In this document: piece by piece, positions 25,678 to 35,365 of the stretch
Position numbering within the stretch: the stretch's first letter is position 1
How the letters are laid out: each line of letters starts with the position of its first letter
NCBI GenBank assembly: GCA_963718645.1
Contig: OY970373.1
Span: forward strand, 4,202,452-4,266,451
Direction: 5' to 3'
Origin: an uncultured Acidobacteriota bacterium
Lineage (GTDB): Bacteria > Acidobacteriota > Thermoanaerobaculia > Multivoradales > UBA5704
DNA: 64,000 nt
Made by a program: the position numbers and the translations under genes
Notes under the pieces: generated by a model
The model's database searches: none
Seen by the model: only the letters and a program-made list of their open reading frames with translations
What the model was told of the DNA's origin: nothing

Positions 25678-26838
25678 ATGATCGCTCCGACGCCGCCGCT
25701 CCCCTTCCCCGCCCCCTCCCTGCCGCCGCGGGTGGCGCTGATCCACGACTGGCTGACCGGCATGCGCGGCGGCGAGAAGGTGATCGAGATACTGGGCGGC
25801 CTCTTCCCCGAGGCGCCGCTGTTCACCCTCTTCCACTTCCCTGGCAGCGTCAGCCCGGCGATCGAGTCGCACTCGATCCGCACCAGCTTCCTCCAGCGCG
25901 CGCCGGGGATCCGCAATCACTACCGGAGCTACCTCCCCCTCTTCCCCGCCGCCATCGAGGAGTTCGACCTCTCGGGGTTCGACCTCGTGGTGAGCTCCAG
26001 CCACTGCGTGGCCAAGGGGGTGATCGCGCCGCCCGACGCCTTTCACCTCTGCTACTGCCACACGCCGATGCGCTACGCCTGGGACCAGGAGCACGCCTAC
26101 TTCCCCAACCGCCGCGGCGTCAAGGCGCGGCTGCGCTCGGTGACCCTCTCCGCCCTGCGCGCCTGGGACGTTTCGTCCGCGGCGCGCGTAAACCACTTCG
26201 TAGCGAACTCACGCTTCGTGGCGCGGCGCATCCAGACCTACTACGGCCGGCCGGCCGAGGTCGTCCATCCGCCGGTGGAGGTCGAATTCTTCACCCCCGG
26301 GCCGGAGAAGCGCGAGATCCCGCCGGGTGCCAGGGCGGACGACTACTGCCTGATCGTCTCGGCGCTGGCGCCCTACAAGAAGGTGGAGGTGGCGATGGCG
26401 GCCTGCGAGAAGCTGGGGATGGAGCTCAGGATCGTCGGCACGGGACCGGAGCGGGAGCGGCTGGAGGAGATGGCCGGCGAGCGCGTGCGCTTCCTCGGCC
26501 ACGTCGATCAGGAGACCCTGCGCGACCTCTACCGCGGCGCCAGGTTCTTCCTGCAGCCGGGGGTCGAGGACTTCGGCATCGCCTCCGTCGAGGCGCTCGC
26601 CTGCGGCACGCCGGTGGTGGCGGCGGCGCGCGGCGGCATCCTCGACGTGGTCGACGACGGCCGCCACGGAGTGCTCTATCCCGACTGGGAGGGCCCCCTC
26701 ACGCTCTGCGACGCGATTGACAAAGCCCGCCGGATCGGATTCAATGCCTTGGACCTGCGCGATCGAGCGGAGTCGTTTTCAGGCGCGCGGTTCACCGAAC
26801 GCATCCGATCTCTTCTTTCTCGACGGTTTCCGAGGTGA
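25678..26838 (+). CDS. Glycosyltransferase family 4
   Basis: MIAPTPPLPFPAPSLPPRVALIHDWLTGMRGGEKV...EDFGIASVEALACGTPVVAAARGG. Confidence 0.8.
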   Translation: MIAPTPPLPFPAPSLPPRVALIHDWLTGMRGGEKVIEILGGLFPEAPLFTLFHFPGSVSPAIESHSIRTSFLQRAPGIRNHYRSYLPLFPAAIEEFDLSGFDLVVSSSHCVAKGVIAPPDAFHLCYCHTPMRYAWDQEHAYFPNRRGVKARLRSVTLSALRAWDVSSAARVNHFVANSRFVARRIQTYYGRPAEVVHPPVEVEFFTPGPEKREIPPGARADDYCLIVSALAPYKKVEVAMAACEKLGMELRIVGTGPERERLEEMAGERVRFLGHVDQETLRDLYRGARFFLQPGVEDFGIASVEALACGTPVVAAARGGILDVVDDGRHGVLYPDWEGPLTLCDAIDKARRIGFNALDLRDRAESFSGARFTERIRSLLSRRFPR

Positions 26839-26851
26839 GGGGCTCTCTCCG

Positions 26852-28279
26852 TTGATTCAAGAACGCCACCGGAAGACGGCTGGACTCTACTTCTTCACCG
26901 ACCTCGCGGCGACGCTGGCGGCATTCCTCGCCGCCTGGCTGCTCCGCTTCGAGTTTGCGGTCATCCCGGTCACCAAGAACGTGCCGGAGTTCGGGCCCTA
27001 CCTGCGGCTCGTTCCCTTCGTGCTCCTGCTCTGGCCGGTGGTCTTCTATTTCCACGGCCTCTACCAGAGCCGGCGGGGGCGCAGCCGCGTCGACGAGGTG
27101 CTCACCATCCTCCTCGCCGTGTTCCTCTCCACCGTGCTGCTGTCGGTGGTGATCGCCTGGTACCGGCCGCCGGCGTGGCCCGGCAGCCGCGAATACTTCA
27201 CCTACAGCCGCGCCTTCCTCGGCCTGTTCGCGGCGATGGACTTCGTGTTCGTCGCGGTCACGCGGATGGTGACGCGCTCGGTGCTGCGGCGGGTGCGCAG
27301 CTCCGGCCACAACCTCCAGCGCATCCTCGTCGTCGGCGCCGGCCTGCTGGGGCGCGAGATCACCACCAAGATCCTCGCCCACCGCGAGATGGGTTTCGAG
27401 GTCGTCGGCTTTCTCGACGACGATCCGGGCAAGACCGGCTCGATGATCTGCGGCGTCCCCGTGCTCGGCACCACGCGCCAGGCCGAAGAGGTGCTGGCGG
27501 CGCGGCGGATCGATCAGGTCTTCCTGACGCTGCCGCTGGAGGCGCACAAGAAGATCCTCGCGCTGCTCGACCTGATGGCGCGCGAGTGCGTCGAGATCAA
27601 GCTGGTGCCCGACATCCTCCAGTACGCCACCATCAAGGCCGCGCTCGAGGACGTCGACGGCACGCCGGTGATCAATCTCTCGCAGATGCCGCTGCAGGGC
27701 TGGGGCACGATGATGAAGCGCGGCATGGACCTCGCCATCGCGCTCGCCGCGCTGATCGTTCTGATCCCCGTCGTCCCCTTCCTCGCGCTCGCCATCTGGA
27801 TCGAGGATCACGGCCCGATCTTCTACCGTCAGGAGCGCATGGGTCTCGACGGCCGCTCGTTCATGATCCTCAAGTTCCGCTCGATGCGCGTCAACGCCGA
27901 AGCCACCAGCGGTCCGGTGTGGGCGATCAAGGACGATCCGCGGCGCACGCGCGTCGGCCAGTTCCTGCGCGCCTGGTCGCTCGACGAGCTGCCGCAGATC
28001 TGGAACGTCATCACCGGCGACATGTCGATCATCGGCCCGCGCCCCGAGCGGCCGACGTTCGTGCGTGAGTTCAAGCACAAGATCCCGCGCTACATGCTGC
28101 GCCATCGCGTGAAGTCCGGCATCACCGGCTGGGCCCAGGTCCACGGCTGGCGCGGCAACACGTCGATCAAAAAGCGTATCCAGTACGACCTCTACTACAT
28201 CCAGAACTGGTCGCTGGGGCTCGATTTCAAAATCCTCTGGATGACGCTGCGCTACGCGCTGCGGCTCAACGCCTACTAG
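26852..28279 (+). CDS. Polyprenyl-phosphate hexose-1-phosphate transferase (WbaP/WcaJ/EpsB-type priming glycosyltransferase). The start is uncertain; alternative ATGs at 26717 and 26744 overlap the upstream gene.
   Basis: ...TAGLYFFTDLAATLAAFLAAWLL (TM)...ILVVGAGLLGREI...DELPQIWNVITGDMSIIGPRPERP...KSGITGWAQV. Confidence 0.8.
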   Translation: MIQERHRKTAGLYFFTDLAATLAAFLAAWLLRFEFAVIPVTKNVPEFGPYLRLVPFVLLLWPVVFYFHGLYQSRRGRSRVDEVLTILLAVFLSTVLLSVVIAWYRPPAWPGSREYFTYSRAFLGLFAAMDFVFVAVTRMVTRSVLRRVRSSGHNLQRILVVGAGLLGREITTKILAHREMGFEVVGFLDDDPGKTGSMICGVPVLGTTRQAEEVLAARRIDQVFLTLPLEAHKKILALLDLMARECVEIKLVPDILQYATIKAALEDVDGTPVINLSQMPLQGWGTMMKRGMDLAIALAALIVLIPVVPFLALAIWIEDHGPIFYRQERMGLDGRSFMILKFRSMRVNAEATSGPVWAIKDDPRRTRVGQFLRAWSLDELPQIWNVITGDMSIIGPRPERPTFVREFKHKIPRYMLRHRVKSGITGWAQVHGWRGNTSIKKRIQYDLYYIQNWSLGLDFKILWMTLRYALRLNAY

Positions 28280-28302
28280 CTCCCCCATTCCGGCGGCTGC
28301 TC

Positions 28303-28329
28303 GCAAACGCCCATTCCACGGGCGTTTGC
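28303..28329 (+). terminator. Terminator-like hairpin after wbaP (no clear U-tract)
   Basis: GCAAACGCCC attccac GGGCGTTTGC. Confidence 0.35.
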
Positions 28330-28525
28330 GCACAGCGCCGCGCTGGCTCGCCCGAGCGATCGAGCGCGCGGGCCCGGCGTGGCGGACGTTTCCGCGCGCG
28401 CCTCGGAGGCAGGTACCACCTCTTGCGGCGTAAAATCTCTTGACGCCCAAGATCTTGTGGGCGTAACCTAAAAGCCATCACCCACAGCCCCCACATGCGG
28501 GCGACACCGAAAAGGAGACGAGATT

Positions 28526-28861
28526 ATGGCTACGAGTGCAAGCAAGCCGGCGAAGAAGACCGCCGCCAAGAAGACCGCGACGAAGGCCGCAGCCCCGGCC
28601 AAGAAGACCGCCGCGAAGACCGCGGCCAAGAAGCCGGCGGCGGCGAAGAAGACCGCCGCGAAATCCTCGGGCGCCGCCAAGAAGGCCACCAAGACCGCTA
28701 CCGCCAAGAAGGCTCCGGCGAAGAAAGCCACGGCCGCCAAGAAGGTGACCGCAGCGAAGCCGGCCGCCGCGAAGAAGACGGTCGCGAAGAAGACGGTCGC
28801 CAAGAAGACCGTCGCGAAGAAAACCGCCGCCAAGAAGACGGCCTCTAAAAAGTCTTCCTGA
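28526..28861 (+). CDS. Histone H1-like Lys/Ala-rich nucleoid-associated protein (AKKTAAKK repeats)
   Basis: The RBS AAAGGAG lies 7 nt upstream of the ATG. MATSASKPAKKTAAKKTATKAAAPAKKTAAKTAAKKPAAAKKTAAK... throughout. Confidence 0.65.
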   Translation: MATSASKPAKKTAAKKTATKAAAPAKKTAAKTAAKKPAAAKKTAAKSSGAAKKATKTATAKKAPAKKATAAKKVTAAKPAAAKKTVAKKTVAKKTVAKKTAAKKTASKKSS

Positions 28862-29054
28862 GCGAGGGACGATTCCGGCAGGCTCGAAGCGAGAGGTTCA
28901 GGAGGCGACGTTCTGGTTCTTTCGGGGGCTTACGTGTTGTCGGTCTTCTGCTCCAGCGTCGCCTAGCACGGCGTAACCGCCTCCGCCCCGTGGCGTAAAC
29001 GTCGTGCCGGCTTTCACCGATTCGATTCACGCGGCGCTGATTTCCCAGAGGAGA

Positions 29055-29807
29055 TCAGGTAACGCGCAGCAGGCGCGCCGCCGCTCGATCCACCATCCAC
29101 AATCGATTCCCTTCCACGATCTGCGCCGGATAGAGATCCGGATCGCGCGCGCCTTCGAGCACCGCGTGCAGCGCCGCCGCCTTCTCGTCGCCGGCGACCA
29201 GGAACATCGCGCGCCGCGCGTGATTCAACACCGGCGGCGTGAACGTGACGCGGAAGGTGCTCTGCGCCTCGACCCACGGCGCGGCCACCCAGCGCTCGCG
29301 CTCGTGAAGCGCCGTGCCGCCCGGAAACAGCGACGCCGTATGGCCTTCCTTGCCGAGGCCGAGCTGGATGAGATCGAACACGGGCCAATCCGCAGCCGGA
29401 AAAAATTCGCGCAGCGTCGACTCGTACTCCGCCGCGGCGCGCTGCGGGTCGGGCTCCTCCGCCGGCACGCGATGGACGTTGCCCGCCGGCAGCGGCACGG
29501 CGTCGAGCATGGCCTCGCGGGCCATGCGGAAGTTGCTGTCCGGATGATCCGGCGGCACGTGGCGCTCGTCGCCCCAGAAACAATGGATCGCGTTCCACGG
29601 CATGCGCTCGCGGTACGGATCGCTGGCGAGAAGACGGTAGACGTCGCGCGGCGTCGAGCCGCCGGCGAGCGCCCACGCGAAGCGCCCGCGCGCATCCACC
29701 GCGTCCCGCGCGATCGCTACGATCTCGTCGGCCGTCGCGCGGACGAGGCTCGCGACGTCGTCGAACACCCGCACCTCATTGTTCGAGGTCTCATTCATTT
29801 CCGCCAT
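29055..29807 (-). CDS. pgl: 6-phosphogluconolactonase
   Basis: [33 protein letters not shown]...[16 protein letters not shown]...[15 protein letters not shown]. Confidence 0.85.
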   Translation of the reverse strand: MAEMNETSNNEVRVFDDVASLVRATADEIVAIARDAVDARGRFAWALAGGSTPRDVYRLLASDPYRERMPWNAIHCFWGDERHVPPDHPDSNFRMAREAMLDAVPLPAGNVHRVPAEEPDPQRAAAEYESTLREFFPAADWPVFDLIQLGLGKEGHTASLFPGGTALHERERWVAAPWVEAQSTFRVTFTPPVLNHARRAMFLVAGDEKAAALHAVLEGARDPDLYPAQIVEGNRLWMVDRAAARLLRVT

Positions 29808-31360
29808 GTCCGCCCATCCTTCTCGATCAGCTCGTCGGCCTCCCTCGGTCCCCAGGAGCCGGCGGCGTAGTTGGGAAAATTGCGCGGCGTCAGCGCCTTC
29901 CACACGTCGAGGATCGGTGTCACCACGCACCACCCCGCCTCCACCATGTCGCTGCGATGGAAGAGCGTCGAGTCGCCGAGCATGCAGTCGTAGAGCAGCG
30001 TCTCGTAGCCGGTCTGCGCCTGGCGGCCGAAGTAGTCCTCATATTCGAAGGCCATCCGCACCGTGCCAAGGCGCATCGCGGGGCCGGGCACCTTGCCTTC
30101 GAAGCGGAGCGTGATCCCTTCCTCCGGTTGGATTTTGATCACCAGCAGGTTCGGATTCAGGCGCTCGACCGAGGTCTCGCGAAAGAGCATCAGCGGCGCC
30201 GGCTTGAACTGGATCGCGATCTCGGAAGCCCGCGTCGGCAGCCGCTTTCCCGTGCGCAGATAGAACGGCACGTCGGCCCAGCGCCAGTTGTCGACGAACA
30301 GCTCGAGCGCGGCGAAGGTCTCGACGTTCGATGCTGGCGCGACTCCTTTTTCGGCGCGGTACGCGGGCACGGTCTTGCCGTCGCTCACGCCCTCCCCGGT
30401 CTTTCCTTCGCCATATTGCCCGCGCACCGCCGAGCGCAGCACGTCCTCGGGCGACAGCGGCCGGATCGCGTACAGCACCTTGACCCGCTCGTCGCGCACG
30501 GTGTCGGCCGCGAACGAGACCGGAGGCTCCATCGCGATCAGCGCCAGGAGCTGGAACATGTGGTTCTGCACCATGTCGCGCAGCGCGCCGGCCTCCTCGT
30601 AGTAGCCGGCACGCTCCTCGACGCCGACGGTCTCGGCGACGGTGATCTGCACGTGATCGATGTAGCGGCGGTTCCAGATCGGCTCGAAGATGCCGTTGGC
30701 GAAGCGGAACGCCATGATGTTCTGCACCGTCTCCTTGCCGAGGTAGTGATCGATGCGGAAGATCTGCCGCTCCGCCAGGATCTCGCGCAGCTTGCGGTTG
30801 AGCGCCCGCGCCGAGTCGAGATCGTGGCCGAACGGCTTCTCGATGATCACCCGCCGCCAGCTCTCCTCCGTCTCCTTCATCAGTCCCGTCTCGCCGAGAC
30901 GGTCGACGTACTCCTCGAAGATGCTCGGCGGCACCGCGAGATAGAAGAGGTAGTTGCCGGCGGTTCCCCGCTCCTCGTCGACCGCCGCCAGGGCGTCGGC
31001 AAGGTCCTCGAACGTCTTGGGCTTTTCGGGATCGACGACGACGTAGCGCATCCGGCTGGAGAGCCACTTGAGCTTCTTCGGATCGATCTCGGCCGTGGCG
31101 AACTCCTTCAGATCCTTTTCCATCCGCTTGCGGAACTCGTCGTCCGACAGCTCGGAACGGCCGACGCCGACGACCGCGAAGGCCTCCGGCAGCAGGCCGT
31201 GGACGATCAGGTTGTAGAGCGCCGGAATCAGCTTGCGCTTGGTCAGGTCCCCCGTCGCGCCGAAGATCACCATCGCGCAGGGGGGCGCCGGCCTGCCCAC
31301 CCACTCGTCCGCCCGCTCCTCCTTCTTCTCTTTTTTCTCGGCCGCGACGGCGGGGCTCAT
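29795..31360 (-). CDS. zwf: Glucose-6-phosphate 1-dehydrogenase
   Basis: [15 protein letters not shown]...[21 protein letters not shown]...RIDHYLGKE...DHVQITVAE. Confidence 0.9.
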   Translation of the reverse strand: MSPAVAAEKKEKKEERADEWVGRPAPPCAMVIFGATGDLTKRKLIPALYNLIVHGLLPEAFAVVGVGRSELSDDEFRKRMEKDLKEFATAEIDPKKLKWLSSRMRYVVVDPEKPKTFEDLADALAAVDEERGTAGNYLFYLAVPPSIFEEYVDRLGETGLMKETEESWRRVIIEKPFGHDLDSARALNRKLREILAERQIFRIDHYLGKETVQNIMAFRFANGIFEPIWNRRYIDHVQITVAETVGVEERAGYYEEAGALRDMVQNHMFQLLALIAMEPPVSFAADTVRDERVKVLYAIRPLSPEDVLRSAVRGQYGEGKTGEGVSDGKTVPAYRAEKGVAPASNVETFAALELFVDNWRWADVPFYLRTGKRLPTRASEIAIQFKPAPLMLFRETSVERLNPNLLVIKIQPEEGITLRFEGKVPGPAMRLGTVRMAFEYEDYFGRQAQTGYETLLYDCMLGDSTLFHRSDMVEAGWCVVTPILDVWKALTPRNFPNYAAGSWGPREADELIEKDGRTWRK

Positions 31361-32373
31361 GGCTTGTCCTTGGGTTTGTCTTGAGCTTCGGCGGCCTTGG
31401 GACGGAGCTCCACGTGGCCGCCGAACTTGTAGCGCATGGCGGAGAGCATCTTCTCGCCGAAGGTATGCTCCTGGCGCGAGCGGAAGCGATCGAACAGCGA
31501 CGCGGCGAGCACGTGCACGGGTACCGCCTCCTCGACCGCCGCGATCACCGTCCAGCGCCCTTCTCCGGAGTCTTCCACCGCGCCGGTGTACTCGGAGAGA
31601 TCGGGGTTCTCGGCGAGCGCGCTCGCCGTCAGGTCGAGGAGCCAGGAGGAGACCACGCTGCCGCGCCGCCAGACCTCGGCGATGTCGGCGAGATCGAGAT
31701 CGTAACGATGGTTCTCGGGCAAGCTCTGCGAGGTGGCATTGCGGAAGATGTCGAAGCCTTCGGCGTAGGCCTGCATCAGGCCGTACTCGATGCCGTTGTG
31801 AACCATTTTCACGAAGTGCCCGGCGCCCACGCCGCCGCAGTGCAGGTAGCCGTCCTCGGCGGTGCTCTTCTTGCCTTCGCGGCCGGGCGCCGGCGGCACG
31901 TCGCCGCGGCCGGGAGCCAGCGTCTTCCAGATCGGATCGAGCCGCTCCACCGCCGCGCGCTCGCCGCCGACCATCAGGCAGTACCCCCGCTCCAGCCCCC
32001 AGACGCCGCCGCTGGTGCCGGCGTCGACGTAGTAGATCCCCTTTCCCGCCAGCGCCTGGCCGCGCCGCACGTCGTCCTTGTAGTAGGAGTTGCCGCCGTC
32101 GACGATGGCATCCCCCTTCTCCATGCGCTTGCCGAGCTCCTGCACCATCCCCTCGGTGGGATCGCCGGCGGGCACCATGATCCAGGCCGTGCGCGGCGGC
32201 TGGAGCCGCTGGACGAACTCGTCGAGCGTGCCGGCGCCCGAGGCGCCGTCGGCCACCAGCTCCGCGATCGCGTTGGGGTTCAGGTCGTAGACGACGCACT
32301 CGTGCCCGCCGCGGATCAGGCGGCGCACCATGTTGCCCCCCATCCGGCCGAGGCCGATCATACCGATCTGCAT
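31357..32373 (-). CDS. gnd: 6-phosphogluconate dehydrogenase, short-chain (decarboxylating, Gnd-like)
   Basis: [19 protein letters not shown]...[23 protein letters not shown]...[13 protein letters not shown]. Its TGA overlaps the zwf ATG. Confidence 0.85.
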   Translation of the reverse strand: MQIGMIGLGRMGGNMVRRLIRGGHECVVYDLNPNAIAELVADGASGAGTLDEFVQRLQPPRTAWIMVPAGDPTEGMVQELGKRMEKGDAIVDGGNSYYKDDVRRGQALAGKGIYYVDAGTSGGVWGLERGYCLMVGGERAAVERLDPIWKTLAPGRGDVPPAPGREGKKSTAEDGYLHCGGVGAGHFVKMVHNGIEYGLMQAYAEGFDIFRNATSQSLPENHRYDLDLADIAEVWRRGSVVSSWLLDLTASALAENPDLSEYTGAVEDSGEGRWTVIAAVEEAVPVHVLAASLFDRFRSRQEHTFGEKMLSAMRYKFGGHVELRPKAAEAQDKPKDKP

Positions 32374-32509
32374 GACTGTCTCCCTTGTCGTTCCGACGGT
32401 ATGCCCCCCGTTTCGGCGGGCTGGAAGAGTCTATACCCGCGGCGAGGAGGGGGGATGGGCCTCAGGATTGCAACGATGTCGAGACGCTGAGACGCTGAGA
32501 GGAGGACCG

Positions 32510-33199
32510 ATGACGAAATCGAAGTGGATGCTGGCCGGTGCCGCCCTGATCTTTCTGGCCGCCGCGCCCGGCAGGGCTCAGGTGGCCGTCGCCGGCAAGG
32601 CGGGCTCGCTGGGGCTGGGGCTCGAGCTGACCCTGGGGATCTCGCCGCAGCTCAACGCGCGGCTGGGCGCCAACGGCTTCAACTACACGGACAGCCACCG
32701 CGAGGTGAGCGGGATCGAATACGACGCCACGGCGAAGCTGCGCACCGCCACCGCCCTCCTCGACTGGCACCCCGGCGGCTACGGCTTCCGCCTGACCGGC
32801 GGCCTGGTCTACAACGGCACCCGGATCGAGGGCACCAGCCTGCCGCCGGCCTCCGGTGCCTACGACATCGGCGGCGTGCCGGTGCCAGTCGCGCTGGTGG
32901 GCACGCTGAGCGGCAAGATCGATTTCAACCCCACCGTCCCTTACCTCGGCCTGGGCTGGGGCAACGCAGTATCGCCGGGTAAAAAGGTCGGCTTCTACGC
33001 CGACGCCGGCGTGATGTTCCAGGGGCGCGGCCGGGCGACGCTGACGCCCAACATCCCCGCCGGCAGCCCGCTCAACAACCCCACAGCCCGCGCCGCCCTC
33101 GACATCCTCCTGCGCCGCGAGGAGAGCGAGATCGAGGACAAGGTGGCCGACTACACCGTGTACCCGGTGGTGTCGCTGGGATTGTCGTACCGGTTCTGA
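32510..33199 (+). CDS. Small outer-membrane beta-barrel protein (OmpA-N-like / Opacity family)
   Basis: RBS GAGGAGGA. Signal peptide MTKSKWMLAGAALIFLAAAPGRAQVAV, alternating amphipathic strands, and a C-terminal GLSYRF. Confidence 0.65.
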   Translation: MTKSKWMLAGAALIFLAAAPGRAQVAVAGKAGSLGLGLELTLGISPQLNARLGANGFNYTDSHREVSGIEYDATAKLRTATALLDWHPGGYGFRLTGGLVYNGTRIEGTSLPPASGAYDIGGVPVPVALVGTLSGKIDFNPTVPYLGLGWGNAVSPGKKVGFYADAGVMFQGRGRATLTPNIPAGSPLNNPTARAALDILLRREESEIEDKVADYTVYPVVSLGLSYRF

Positions 33200-33241
33200 G
33201 ATCCTCCGCGGGGAGCGGCGGTGTTAAGCTGCGGAAACGCC

Positions 33242-34561
33242 ATGCGACGCCTCCCGATCCTGCTGACGATCCTCCTGCTGGCCGGCTGCGCCGTCCATCA
33301 GGCCGCTCCCGCGCACGAGCCCGCACACGAGGTTGATCCGATGAACCGGTTCGCCGAATCGTACGTCCGGCTGGTGCTCGCCGTGGGCCAGCACGACGCC
33401 GACTATGTGGACGCCTACTATGGGCCGCCGGAGTGGCGCGCCGAGGCGGAAGCCGCCAAGCGGCCGCTTCCCGAGATCCGCACCGAGGCTGAGCTGCTGA
33501 TCGCCGATCTCGCCTCCCATCCGGCGGCGGCCGGCGCGGAGGAGGCCGTCCAGCTCCGCCACCAGTATCTGCAGCGGCAGCTCCAGGCGATGGTGACGCG
33601 GATCGATCTCCTCTCGGGCCGGAAGATGACCTTCGACGAGGAATCGAAAGCGCTCTACGACGCGGTGGCTCCGACGTACACCGCCGCGCACTTCCAGGCG
33701 ATCCTCGACCGGCTCGAAAAGCAGGTGCCGGGCGAGGGTCCGCTCGCCACGCGCGTCGAAGCCTTCCGGCAGGAATTCGTGATCCCTCGCGACCGCCTCG
33801 ACCCGGTGTTCAAGGCCGCCGTCGACGAGTGCCGGCGGCGCACGCTGCAGCACCTCGCGATGCCGGCGGACGAGAGCTTCGTCATCGAGTACGTGACCGG
33901 CAAGTCGTGGAGCGGCTACAACTGGTACAAGGGGGGCTTCCACAGCCTCATCCAGGTCAACACCGACCTGCCGATCTTCATCGACCGCGCGATCGATCTC
34001 GCCTGCCACGAGGGATATCCCGGGCACCACGTCTACAACACCCTGCTCGAAAAGCACCTGGTGCGCGACCGCGGCTGGGTCGAGTTCACCGTCTATCCGC
34101 TCTTCTCGCCGCAGTCGCTGATCGCCGAAGGCACGGCGAACTTCGGCATCGAGGTCGCCTTCCCCGGAGCCGAGCGGACCGCGTTCGAGCGCGAGCGCCT
34201 CTATCCGCTGGCCGGGATCGATCCCGAGAAAGCGGCGCGCTACGCCGAGGTGCAGCGGCTGCTCCAGGGATTGAGCTACGCCGGCAACGAGGCCGCGCGG
34301 CACTACCTGAACGGCGAGATGTCCCGCCAGGACGCCGAAGCCTGGATCGTGCGCTACGGGTTGATGTCGCCCGAGCGCGCGGCCCAGCGCGTGCGCTTCA
34401 TCGATCAGTACCGGAGCTATGTGATCAACTACAACTTCGGTCAGGACCTGGTGCGCAGATATATCGAGAAGCACGGCGGCACCGCGAACCATCCGGAGGA
34501 GCGCTGGCGGGAGTTCACCGCCCTGATCTCCTCGCCGCGCCTGCCGTCCGGCCTGCGCTAG
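33242..34561 (+). CDS. DUF885-like lipoprotein, putative metallopeptidase (HEGYPGHH motif)
   Basis: MRRLPILLTILLLAGC (lipobox)...DLACHEGYPGHHVYNTLLEKH. Confidence 0.6.
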   Translation: MRRLPILLTILLLAGCAVHQAAPAHEPAHEVDPMNRFAESYVRLVLAVGQHDADYVDAYYGPPEWRAEAEAAKRPLPEIRTEAELLIADLASHPAAAGAEEAVQLRHQYLQRQLQAMVTRIDLLSGRKMTFDEESKALYDAVAPTYTAAHFQAILDRLEKQVPGEGPLATRVEAFRQEFVIPRDRLDPVFKAAVDECRRRTLQHLAMPADESFVIEYVTGKSWSGYNWYKGGFHSLIQVNTDLPIFIDRAIDLACHEGYPGHHVYNTLLEKHLVRDRGWVEFTVYPLFSPQSLIAEGTANFGIEVAFPGAERTAFERERLYPLAGIDPEKAARYAEVQRLLQGLSYAGNEAARHYLNGEMSRQDAEAWIVRYGLMSPERAAQRVRFIDQYRSYVINYNFGQDLVRRYIEKHGGTANHPEERWREFTALISSPRLPSGLR

Positions 34562-35343
34562 CCGTCGCCCATCGTGGTCAGCGCGCCCTCGAAGCTGGAG
34601 GTATCGATGCTGACGTAGCCGACGAGCGGCCGGTCGAGAGCGAGGATCAGGAAGACCACCAGACCGATCACGAAGCTGAGGGCGGCGGTGAGGAGGGCAT
34701 GCAGCTTGCCGCCCTCGACGCGAAAGAAGTAGGTCATGAAGATCAGGACCGCCGCCCCGGCCAGCACCACCAGCCACATCAGGCCCGGCAGATGGCTGTC
34801 GATCGCCTCCAGCCGCAGACGGCGATTGGAAAAGAGATCGTCGAGGTCGTGGAGGGTTTGGATCTGGACGGCCTGGCGGCCGAGCGTGGCCGGCTCGAAG
34901 GTGGTCAGCTGCAGGGCGATGCGATGGATCAGGAGATCGCCACCCCGCGGCAGCTGGGCGCCGCTCCCCTGCGCCGGCCACTCGCGCTCGATCACAAACT
35001 TGACGTAGTCCCGCAGGTCCTTCCGCACCGCCTCCCGGAGCGGCTGCGGATAGCTCTCGATGTCGCGGTATACATCGGAGGAGGAGACCGCCTCGTTGGA
35101 GACGATCCCGTCGATCCCGGTGTAGTTCCCCCAGACGGCCACCGCGATCAGGCCGACCAGCACCGCGTAGAACACGGCGACGGTGGCGAAGAAATAGTTC
35201 GCGAAGTCGTTCTGCTCAGGGGGGAGCCGTCTCGCCAGCGGGCGGGTCAGCCGGTGACCGAGGAGCGACACCGCGACGAAACCGCCGACGATCAGGACAC
35301 CGAGCCAGAACGTGGAAATCTGATAGAGCCAGAGCAGATTCAT
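34558..35343 (-). CDS. DUF4239-like integral membrane protein
   Basis: MNLLWLYQISTFWLGVLIVGGFVAVSLL..., with about four TM helices. Confidence 0.55.
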   Translation of the reverse strand: MNLLWLYQISTFWLGVLIVGGFVAVSLLGHRLTRPLARRLPPEQNDFANYFFATVAVFYAVLVGLIAVAVWGNYTGIDGIVSNEAVSSSDVYRDIESYPQPLREAVRKDLRDYVKFVIEREWPAQGSGAQLPRGGDLLIHRIALQLTTFEPATLGRQAVQIQTLHDLDDLFSNRRLRLEAIDSHLPGLMWLVVLAGAAVLIFMTYFFRVEGGKLHALLTAALSFVIGLVVFLILALDRPLVGYVSIDTSSFEGALTTMGDG

Positions 35344-35365
35344 CGTGCGCCCCTCCGAGCGGTTC

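Noticed and set aside
28468-28833. Ala/Phe-rich 121-aa ORF antisense to the histone-like gene.
   Set aside because: It is the mirror translation of the Lys/Ala codon repeats (GCC/AAG giving CTT/GGC) and has no RBS. The sense gene has a strong RBS and a coherent product.
32481-32500. GAGACGCTGAGACGCTGAGA direct repeat upstream of the OMP gene.
   Set aside because: It is only two 9-bp copies that overlap a plausible RBS/leader, too short to call a feature. It is noted here only.
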